The position numbers and the translations under genes are program-made. From Octopus sinensis (lineage: Eukaryota), in assembly GCF_006345805.1 (NCBI RefSeq), contig NC_043018.1, positions 3,162,001 through 3,226,000 on the forward strand: DNA of 64,000 bases. Direction: 5' to 3'. Each line of letters begins with the position of its first letter. Position 1 is the stretch's first letter. The notes beneath the pieces were generated by a model that searched no databases, was not told the DNA's origin, and saw only the letters and a program-made list of their open reading frames with translations. Below are positions 52,901 through 64,000 of the stretch, in pieces.

Positions 52901-54246
52901 GCATGTTTGTGTTTGTGTCTGTCCTCCACCACCACTGCTTTCCTTTATCATTTGGTTCCTTTATGTGCACTTTACTTACCTGCTCAGTCAAAGTGTCCAG
53001 TGGAATGAGTACCAGGCATTATCAAATATGTACTGGAGTCGATTCATTCGACTGAAACTCTTCAAGTTTGCGCTCCAGCATGGCCGCTGCACAGCGACTA
53101 AAATAAGAAAACGATATATATTTACGAAACTAGCTGCTAACACATACGAACACAAATACATCGTCGCTATATATGTTTTGTAATGCGGAAGACAGGGTAT
53201 ACAAAATGATTACATGGTGCATAAACACTATTGACTTGAAGGAAATGTGACTTGAAACGAAAAAGTAACCAGTACATTTGGTGAGTAAAAGTAAACACTT
53301 CTGCTAGTAGCATCAAATAGTATCATGCGATGGTTGTTTGTTAACAGAACATCAAAGTCATATTTTAAAATAATATAGGAAATAACTCCAAGTTTGTATG
53401 CGTTTGCAGCGGAGAGAAGTAGAATTCTTAAAAACCTGTCTCTGAATGAAATCCTACGTAAACATAAGACTGGAAAGGAAGGATATTTCAAATAAATGAA
53501 CAATGCCGAAAAAAATATGTATAAATACAGACTTTCAAATAGTCTCCTGCGCTTTTACTTCGTTCTGAAGCTCCTCCTATGTGTGTTCTTCTCTCTCTTC
53601 CTCTCTCTCTCTCTCTCTCATTCTCTCTCTTCCTGTCGCTCTCTTTCATATATGTGTGTGTGTTTACACACACACACACGCATATATATGAATGTATGTG
53701 TGTGTATGTGTGTGTTTGTGTGCGCGGAGTAGAAGTAGGTTTGTGTATGTCTACACACAAAGTCATACGTACGTATGTATTTATGAAGTGAGGTAGGTAG
53801 GAAGGTCAGTATATGTTTGTGTGTTTGTGCGACTCTTTGTATATGGTTTTTGAGTCTCTGTGTCTGTTTAATTTGAAGTGTGTATACTAATTGCTGAAAA
53901 ATAAAATAAGTCTATCAGCAATTTTTTAGCAACATTTCTCCTCCCTATGTCTCGTCTGGTTTCTCATTTCATGTAGATCTATATGTATATATATGTACTT
54001 CATATATATATATACACGCACATGCACACACAGGTACATAAACACACATCCAAACACACGTAGTATATCATATTTAGAATTATTTCTGTATCGTTTAACT
54101 CTTTCACTACAGCTGTTGATAATGTATAGAGAAAAGGAAATAACACATTATCTTGCATTACGATATATCCTTCACTGCGACTTTTGATAATGAAGCGGAA
54201 ATGTCTAAGGTAGATTTCATCAAATCATGAAACTTCAATTAACGCA

Positions 54247-54297
<51 letters not shown>

Positions 54298-54332
54298 TGT
54301 GTGTGCGTGTGTGTGTGTGTGATTATAGATAT

Positions 54333-54409
<77 letters not shown>

Positions 54410-54588
54410 TACATAAGTGTGTGTGTGTATAAATGTATGTGTGTATATATATATATATCAGTATGTAAAAGTTTGAAAGTTCTAACGTTGTAGTAATTAT
54501 AGCTCTCAGTCCTTTCATGTATTACAGAATATTTAATCTTCATCGGTTTCTAGATTTCTAGAGCGGGTATTTTAAAATTTATATCTCC

Positions 54589-54730
<142 letters not shown>

Positions 54731-54982
54731 CCGGTGTCTACAAAGCAATGAATAGCTTTGCGGAAACCATGGAATGCTTTGTTTTCTGACTTCTTAATCA
54801 TCTCATAATAATGACTTTTATGACGTTTATTACTACCTCAGTCCATCTAAATGTATATATCTGTCGTTATCTTTCATAAAAAGCCTTTTTTTATTTACAA
54901 TGTGCATTTTCGTTGATTTTTCATATTTCACCCTTACATTTCCACGTGTATTTTATATTTTCTTTTTATAAATTATTTCTAC

Positions 54983-55034
<52 letters not shown>

Positions 55035-55266
55035 TGCGTGTGTGTTTGTGTGTGTGTGTTTGCCTGTGTATATATCTATATATGTATGTATGTATTTTAC
55101 TCATAAGGTATTGGAATATTATATGTATACCATTCTACCTAAAAAAATGGATCTACAAATGCAATATCCCTACATATCTCACATCTATTTGGTTTTATTT
55201 CCTCCACCTCACTCTCTATTTTATGTCTTGTATAAATTAACTATTTCTTAACCATCATCTCACACC

Positions 55267-55314
55267 GTCTCCGATGAAGGGATATAATAAATATCCTGGA
55301 AACAGCTGTAAGAC
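55267..55314 (+). ncRNA. Minimal type I hammerhead (CCGATGA variant, family C)
   Basis: GTCT-CCGATGA-A-GGGATATaataaATATCCT-G-GAAACAGCTGTA|AGAC; palindromic helix III ACAGCTGT. Confidence 0.68.
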
Positions 55315-55400
55315 CTTCTATCTATTAATGTTCTAAAATCTACACACCCTTGGTTTTTTATCACATCATAAAATAAAAGTTTTATGTATGTATATATTTG

Positions 55401-55436
<36 letters not shown>

Positions 55437-55516
55437 ATAATAAATATTAGGGAATAAATCCAAATTTACAGGGAAAAATCAGATTTAGGATTGAATCCAA
55501 TTTTATAGTAAAATAT

Positions 55517-55681
55517 TATATAATATTAATTAGAGACAAAACCACTATTTTGCAAATCAAACAAGGAAAGACTTAATCAATACATAAAAAAATTTAATAT
55601 AAAGTAAATAATATTAAATTTTTTTATGTATTGATTAAGTCTTTCCTTGTTTGATTTGCAAAATAGTGGTTTTGTCTCTAA

Positions 55682-55694
<13 letters not shown>
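55517..55694. repeat. Perfect 84-bp inverted repeat with 10-nt loop
   Basis: 55517-55600 is the exact reverse complement of 55611-55694. Confidence 0.95.
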
Positions 55695-55760
<66 letters not shown>

Positions 55761-57698
55761 ATGTATGTATGTACGTATATATATATATATGTATATATAT
55801 ATGTTTATGTGTGTACACGTGTACGCGTTGTACTCATGTGTATGCGAATGCATTTACACGACAAAATTTACGATGGGAATGGTATGATTTATTAAATTTC
55901 GTAAATGCGCTTTATTCTATTTTATTTTGCAATGGTAATATAGTCTTATTCTCGGTCTCCTTGTTTAGGAATTTATTCTCCAGTTAATATTTTCTGAAGA
56001 ACAGTAGAATCCAGTACTTCCATATCAACGCCACACTTTTGAAGAACAAACTGCAAAGTAAGAGCCACGTCGTTGTTTCCGAATATCGCCGTGACAATAG
56101 TTTCTGTCTAAGATATCCTCCCGAGAAAGTATACTAGCGTGGAGCAGATTAAGGAATTAGGTTTGGTGTAAAGACGAATAAGCTCGAAAGTGTGAACTAA
56201 AAACAATTCTCCCGTTGTTTCACATCTAAAGACACTATTTGTCATTCATTTCGATTCAACATGATCATGTATTTCCTTCGTTGAATTCTATGCTTTCTAA
56301 CTGGGCACTTGATGATATTTTCACATTTAATTTCCAATTCTAATAATTATTATGATATTTTCAGCCGTCGTGTCTTTGCTGCTAAATGTTGTTTTTCAGT
56401 CACATTTTTTTTTTTTTTTTGGCATTCTTTCAGTTGAACCAGCAGAAATGCCAAAATAAACAGCTGGCTTTGTTCGTTAATTTTCGTATTTTCATTTATT
56501 TATTTACTTTTGTTGTATCGTAAAAGACAGGAGAAACTGAAAGATGTATGTACTGTATAGGAAATGGACGTCTGTATATGTGTGTGAGAGAGAGAAAGAG
56601 GAAGGGAGAGAAAGAAAAGATGGTATGCGATAGTGTGTGTTGTCATGTATACGAACATACATAAATATGCATACGTGATTTTTGTGTGTATGTATGCGTG
56701 TGTGAGAGAGAGGATGGGTATCACTTAAATATCACTCTCTCTCTCCTTCTCTCTCTCTCTCTCACTCACACTGGCACATACATACGAACGAGATGTATGC
56801 ATATGCATTTGTATATGTACGTGTACATGACAACAAACCCCTTCACGCCCTCGCTCTGTCTCTCTCACGCACACAAACACACACGCAAACATACACACAT
56901 ACATAAATGTATATAAGCGTACATACAAAAACACACGTGTGCGTGTGTGACTGACTACAAATACACAGAGGCAATGTGTGTGTATGAGAGAGGGAGCGAA
57001 TGGTGAGAGAGAACATTGCAAAATGAATGAAATAAACATGGAATGAAAATATCGTATAAATAAAACTTCTAGCAAATATATAAATTTGTGAACTTGAAAT
57101 ATTCAAGTTCAGAAAGAAAATTTTCCTAGAAACTCCAATTTATAAAATTCTCACTTACTTAGTAAATATTTTCTCCAGTTATTTATCGTAGTTCTTTGCA
57201 AATAACGAATTAAAACTCGAAATGAAAACATTAAAACAGAAAGTGATATATATATATAAACAGCAATATTATTCATTTTTAATTGAAATAATATACTGAA
57301 GACCCTAGTATGCATCAGAGGTCAAATTATTAATGCATGGAACCAATTTGCGCAGCCGCTTACGCGTGAAAAGCGAATTGACACACACGCACACCCACGC
57401 ACAAACACACACACACAGGACTATTTTATATATCAGATCATTTTATAACTTATACTTTATATTTTATATTTTATATCAGATTATATTATATATCAGATTA
57501 TTTTATTTATTATTACTATTATTATTATTATTGTTATTGCCTTTGCACAGCTTCTAACACTGGAGATGTACTGCGGTGTCACCTGTTCACAACCAGTGAA
57601 CTAAGGTAACACCTCTTATTTTTCGATCACCACCCGGAGTATTCGAGCGTTTCCAAGCAGTGTTGCTTACTGCAAGTGATCTACCCTTATTGCAGCCC

Positions 57699-57749
<51 letters not shown>

Positions 57750-58402
57750 TATTATTATTATTATTATTATCTACAACAGCCAGTAATATTTTCGAAGGTA
57801 TTAATTTCTTTCGACGTAAAATATTTCGACGTAAAAGTTTATATCCAACGTTATGTAGAATTATAATTTGTAGGTTTTATTCTTTAGATATCTATTAAGC
57901 ATAACGTGCAATTCGTCTGCACTTTGTGTTCTTTAGATATTCAGTGACGTCATCAATCTTAGTAGATAACTATACTCATTTTTACTTTATGATTCGTGAG
58001 TATTTTTCTATGTGGATTTAAAATTGTTAAAAAATATGTAATTATTATGGTATTTTTAATATTTTAATTTTTACATTTCCTTTTTATAATGTAGTTATTC
58101 AATGACGTCGTTCTTGGTTGAATGAATGTCTAAAGTTAAATTTGGTTTAGGGTTTCATTTTCTTCGCGTTTTTAAGAACTAAACCTTTTTAGGAATTTCA
58201 GTTAGAATTTCACCAATTTGGATTACCTTGGTAATGTTATGGCGACATAAATTTTCTCACATCGTTATTAATTTAGATATTATGCATACATTTATGTGTG
58301 CATGAATATATACACATATATATATGTGTGTGTATACATATACATATATATGTATATATATATGTGTGTGTGTATACATATACACACATATATATGTATA
58401 TA

Positions 58403-58455
<53 letters not shown>

Positions 58456-58496
58456 TTGTGTGTGTGTGTGTATACACATACATACATAGATACATA

Positions 58497-58794
<298 letters not shown>

Positions 58795-58812
58795 CATACA
58801 TATATATATATA

Positions 58813-59223
58813 AGGGATCAGCAAAAGTTGCTTCACCATATACCGAAATTTAGAAATAGCAGTCAAAACTATTAATTCTTCTACTACAATAAATCTCCAC
58901 AGACACTAATACTCGTAACTCACATAGACAAAAAGAAAAAAATACTAACGAAACTAACTAGTTAATTATGTACGCTTTTCGGGATTAGAATTGTGTAAAA
59001 TCCATTTCCTTTGTCAACATGATATTCAAGATTATAAATCTGAAAATGCTAAACAAACTTATGCACGCTCGATCAAGCGACATCTAATATAACATAATAT
59101 AAACAGCATTTCCGAATTTATATGGACGTGTAATTCTGTATCCATCCCTCAGTTCACCATGTGCGTCACAAGATAGTACCGCAGACAATCTGCAATGTGG
59201 TGAAGCAACTTTTGTTGATCCCT
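58813..59223. mobile_element. MITE with ~26-bp TIRs and TA TSD (Tc1/mariner-like)
   Basis: AGGGATCAGCAAAAGTTGCTTCACCA ... TGGTGAAGCAACTTTTGTTGATCCCT (one mismatch); TA on both sides. Confidence 0.8.
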
Positions 59224-59477
59224 TAATTATGTTTATGATTATAAAAAAAAACGTTTTGTATAAGTTTTACCGATAATGGTTTTTTTTCCATACCCAACTA
59301 CTTGGTAAAATTTATTAATTATTGAATTGATAATTCTTTACCCTATATCTATATTGATAATTCACTCCCTATAAACAAATTGCAGATTCGATATAAACCA
59401 GAACATTTTAGCCCTTGTTTCAAGGGGTTTCCTCCTATGCCACAGATACCTGTAGTATCCTCTTACCTTCTACTTTT

Positions 59478-59556
<79 letters not shown>

Positions 59557-59632
59557 AGAAAGAGATACAGTTATAATATATATATATATACAAACATATA
59601 TCTGTATATGAGTGTATGTGTGTGTATATATA

Positions 59633-59682
<50 letters not shown>

Positions 59683-60184
59683 CATATATATGTATATATG
59701 GGGATATATATATGTATGTATGTATATATGTGTGTTTATGTCTCTGTGTGTGCGCGAGCATGCATGATACATGTATGCATTTATCTATATATAGGAGAAC
59801 ATTTTTGTGTTTCTCCTCGTGCTATTTTTATAATTTATATTCAATTTTAGAGTTGCATATTGTTTTGATCTCCTCCCGACTTTCATTTATAATAATAAAG
59901 CATGTTTTCTTCAATCTAACCCAGTTACGTAGCTGCTGCTGCTACGACTATTACTACTACTACTACTACTACCACCACCACCACCACCACCACCACTACT
60001 ACTACTACTACCTCTTTTATTACAACTACAATGTAAATTCAAATGATTGCTGTTGGCTACAGCCCCTAAAGAGAAACTTCGAATTTACAATCAACCATTG
60101 TAGATACGCACACACAGACTCATACACACATATATTGGCACGTGTAAGTATGAATATGTATACATATAAACATAAACGATTGTG

Positions 60185-60240
<56 letters not shown>

Positions 60241-61670
60241 TTTGTATCTGTGTAAAATGTGTTTGTGCGCCTGTGTGTTTGTGAGTAATTATATATGTAT
60301 ACGTGAACGCATATACTGGAATTACTATTATTTTAAAATCAAACTCAGAGACAATTTTTGGGGGAGCATTTCGTGTTTTTATAAAAAAAAAACAACCAAT
60401 TTTCCTATCTGCTGTTGCTGTTATTCATTATTTCTTCATCATGTATTCGTTTATAATATGTATATGTTATTTTTTTAAAAGTTCTACTTGTTAAAAGCAA
60501 ACTTTGTACTGTTGAGTCACAATAGTCTGAAAATATACTTTTGTGCTAAAATATTCGATGTTGATCTGCAACCATGTAGAAACTAGAAATATTCCTGCTA
60601 TCAACATATTATAAATATCATACTATTGTCCAGGGAATAACTCATTCTAAAATAAAACTGTCTGCCTTCATATTTTACTAGATCTTGCGTTTATCTATTA
60701 GTCGCCATTTTGAATTTTTTCTTACTCATTTTTTTATTAATTTTTACTTTAGAGAAGCTGTCTTTTGTCAGCATTATTTTTTAAATAATTTTTATATATT
60801 TCCTTATTTATTATATATACTTTTTCTTGTATTCGTGATGCAGTTGTTGTAGATTCTTGCAGTTGTTGGAATATGTTATAGTTGTAATAGTAGCTTTTGT
60901 TTTTGTAGTCTTATCGAAACTAATACAGCCGTAGACATCACTATATGTGAGTTATTTCTGAGAAATATTAATGCTGCCTTCGGGGAACTTGATAAAACTT
61001 ATAGAATAAATGAATAAATATGACTAGAGAAAGAAAAGCGAAAGAGAAAATAGACAACGATGGCGTAAACGAGAGAGATGACTGAAATAGACGGAGAGAT
61101 TTAAACACATAAAGGCTTTAGAGAGAAAGAGTTAGACGCAGTAATAAAAGATAGCAATCATAGAGTGCAGACGATATTTCCATTGTAATTTACGTAACTA
61201 CAAATCTGTCGTTAGATTAGATCCCTTGGCAAGAGATGAAGTCTATGCTGATCTCATGAACGACTCTGTAGAGATTCTTATTTCTCTCTTTCTTTCTTTC
61301 ATTATTGAGTTATTTTATGCAGCAATTGGTAAAATATAGCGCCGTTGGATACAGGTTTCAAACAAGCCAACCATTTATTTATTCACTGTAATTCTGATAC
61401 TGAAAGTGATTCGAATGTGACAAGGAAGTATCTATAACCCGGTGCGGAAGAAATACCACAAGATTCCTTTGTTCGGAAAACATAAGTTCATACATATCTT
61501 TTCATTGGTGCTCGTGAAGAAAATAATACCCAGACATATATATCCTCACCCCACATACATACTGACATAGATACATACACACACATACACAAATGTATGT
61601 AGATACACAAACACACACACACACATGTATATATATATATTCGTTTCTATATATTTTATATTTATTTTTT

Positions 61671-61893
61671 TCTTTTATTCTTTCAGTCGTTTGACTGCGG
61701 TCATGCTGGAGCACAACTTTTAGCGAACAAATATCGATCCCACAACTGTAAGCCTATTTGTAAGCCTAGTACTTGATCTATCAGTCGTCTTTGCTGAACT
61801 ACTAAGTTACAGGGACGTAAGCACATCAATATCGATTGTAACCGATGGGGGGGGGATAGACACACAAGTACATACATAGATACATACATAAAT

Positions 61894-61934
<41 letters not shown>

Positions 61935-62100
61935 CACACACACACGATGGTCTTCTTTCAGTTTCCGTCTACCAAATCCACTGACAAGTCTTTGGTCGGC
62001 CTGATTCTAAAGTAGAAAACATTAGCCCAAGGTGCCACGCAGTGCTACTGAACCCGGAACCATGTAGTTAGGAAGCAAGCTTCTTACCACACAGCCAGTC
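61671..62100 (-). mobile_element. Diverged long-family SINE
   Basis: Homology to 12246. Partial copies also at ~38648-38850(-) and ~52905-53100(+). Confidence 0.82.
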
Positions 62101-62578
62101 CGCAAGCACAAACACATACGCATACACATAGACATGCTAGAATTAGTTGTTTAAACCTTGAAGCTCGAAATTGATGAAGCTATACATAAAACCGTATAGA
62201 CTATTTCGTTAAAGAACTCTTTGGACAAGTCGGAAAAGTTGGGAGCCACGGAGACCCCTGACGTTTTCTAACCAAACCGGTTTCAAGCCAACTATACTGC
62301 GCGTTCTTATTTATATATTTACCTATTTCGCGTTAAAAATAAAATATTCTAGTTATTTCAAGCTCTCTAAAAGCTCACAGATTCACACGCGCGCGCGCGC
62401 ACACACATACACATACACACATAAACAAAGAAACATATATATATTCACAACTGGGTGACTGAATACACAACGAGTCATCAAGGTCACACATGGGTACACC
62501 GCCTTCTATAGACTCCAGATACAAACGAATTGCATGCATGCATGTGTGTTTGTGTATGTATATATATATATATATAAC

Positions 62579-62768
62579 GGGAAGGTTTACGAAAATAAAC
62601 AAAACACGAAGACAGGTGGAGTACAAACAAACAAATGTATTAGTATGGCGCTCAGGAATAGAAATAGAACAAGTCTTTTACGTTTCGAGCCTACGCTTTT
62701 CGACAGAAAGATACACAGAAAAGATAACAGAAAAGAAACAAGGAGAGAAAAAATGCGTTGTAGGAGCT
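62579..62768 (-). mobile_element. Family B repeat with HHR-like motif at 62674-62711
   Basis: Minus strand TCTTT-CTGTCGAA-AAGCgtagGCTC-GAAACGTA|AAAGAC. Confidence 0.75.
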
Positions 62769-62789
62769 ATATATATATAATAATATATA

Positions 62790-62858
<69 letters not shown>

Positions 62859-62902
62859 TGTATGTATGTATGTATGTGTGTATGTATGTATGTATGTATG
62901 TA

Positions 62903-63440
62903 TAGTCAATCCAAACAGGAACAAGCAAGAACATACAACAACACGAAAATGTGGTAAAGTGCTGAGTTATTGGACGCTCAGGAATGAAAAGAAAAGAAAG
63001 AGGATTTCACATTTCAAGTGGAGTTCTTCATCAGAAATATAGAAAAAGTCCAAAGAAGGGCAGACGGAGAAAGAAAATCGCCAACGATACACACGCGGTC
63101 ACATATTGAAATCAGCGGAAGAGAATGAGTGAAAAAAATGTTCTTTCGAAGGAAGGTGTTGGTGGAAGGAATGGAGGTGAGGCATGGTGAGAGGGTGTGA
63201 ATGTCGGTGTAGGTATTATTGGTGGTGACAAAAAGAGAAAGGTGGAATTAGAAAGAAGATAGGTGGAAGGAGGACGAGAAAAGTGGAAGAGTCACGGACA
63301 AATTGTGATGATTTCCAATCAAGATTAGATTGGCGTAATCCGAATGAATGTGACCTTAATCCGCAGGTATAAGAATTCCAGGAATTGGTACTCCAAAGTC
63401 AGTCATAAGGCCGGGGTCCGTGTGAGCGTGCGGTATATAG
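62903..63440 (-). mobile_element. Probable PLE 3'/pLTR remnant with decayed hammerhead (63004-63038)
   Basis: Minus strand ATTT-CTGATGAA-gaactccactt-GAAATGTG-AAAT; shares TTCCTGAGCG downstream with family B. Confidence 0.5.
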
Positions 63441-63545
63441 TCAATCCAAACATGAACAAGCAATGTGAGGGCACTCCAAACGAATTGCATGTATGCAGTA
63501 TATATACATACATACATACATACATACATACATACATACATACAA

Positions 63546-63577
<32 letters not shown>

Positions 63578-63988
63578 CTTTTACTCTTTACTCTTTTACT
63601 TGTTTCAGTCATTTGACTGCGGCCATGCTGGAGCACCGCTTTAATCGAGCAACTCGACCCCGGGACTTATTGTTTTGTAAGCCCAGTACTTATTCTATCA
63701 GTCTCTTTTATCGAACCGCTAAGTAACGGGGACATCGGTTGTCAAGCAATGCTAGGGGGACAAACACAGACACACAAACACACACACACGCATATATATA
63801 TATATACGACATATATACGACGGGGTTCTTTCAGTTTCCATCTACCAAATCCACTCACAAGGCTTTGGTTGGCCCGAGGCTATAGTAGAAGACACTTGCC
63901 TAAGTGGTTGTGTGGTAAGTAGCTTGTGGGAGAACCCGGAACCATGTGGTTGGTAAACAAGCTACTTACCACACAACCACTATGCGCC
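63578..63988 (-). mobile_element. Long-family SINE with an internal inverted replacement
   Basis: Homology to 12246; 63903-63927 is an inverted copy of its own head. Confidence 0.9.
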
Positions 63989-64000
63989 ATATATATATAT

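Noticed and set aside
53240-53290. Candidate micro-exon ending TTG|GTGAGT
   Set aside because: Weak acceptor and unrecognisable peptide; would need RNA-seq.
54490-54560. Minus-strand CCGATGAA...GAAAG
   Set aside because: No NUH triplet with a matching stem I.
62150-62300. Possible PLE C-terminal relic (KLEIDEAIH) and CTGACG...AAACCGGTTT
   Set aside because: Too short and degenerate to separate from chance.

Overview
AT-rich animal genomic DNA, most likely an octopus or other coleoid cephalopod. This is an inference from the repeat families and the extreme (AT)n/(TATG)n/(GATA)n microsatellite density. I found no host protein-coding exon. Most ORFs in the track are microsatellite artefacts, and the rest with recognisable motifs are transposon relics. 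Transposons present: many tRNA-derived SINEs, RTE-like LINE fragments, a decayed DD37D (maT) Tc1/mariner with TIRs and TA TSD (24111-25312), non-autonomous Helitrons, a probable solo LTR (5661-6781), and a 5'-truncated Penelope-like element (PLE) with RT and GIY-YIG (about 48500-50233). The unexpected signal is RNA-level. By eye I find about 17 type I hammerhead ribozyme (HHR) motifs or relics in roughly seven sequence families. (i) A ~493-bp tandem array (1-1718) carries one HHR per unit with a palindromic helix III, a retrozyme-like architecture. (ii) Three fold-back elements (1765-2187, 4976-5468, 20016-20490) have arms that carry outward-facing HHRs or HHR halves. (iii) Dispersed copies show compensatory stem changes and a recurrent CCGANGA core variant. 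A second notable item is a 2.2-kb apparently ORF1-only (HAL1-like) L1/Tx1-type retroelement (39375-41580), inserted with a degenerate TSD into a SINE head. All ribozyme calls are manual pairings and have not been tested computationally or experimentally.
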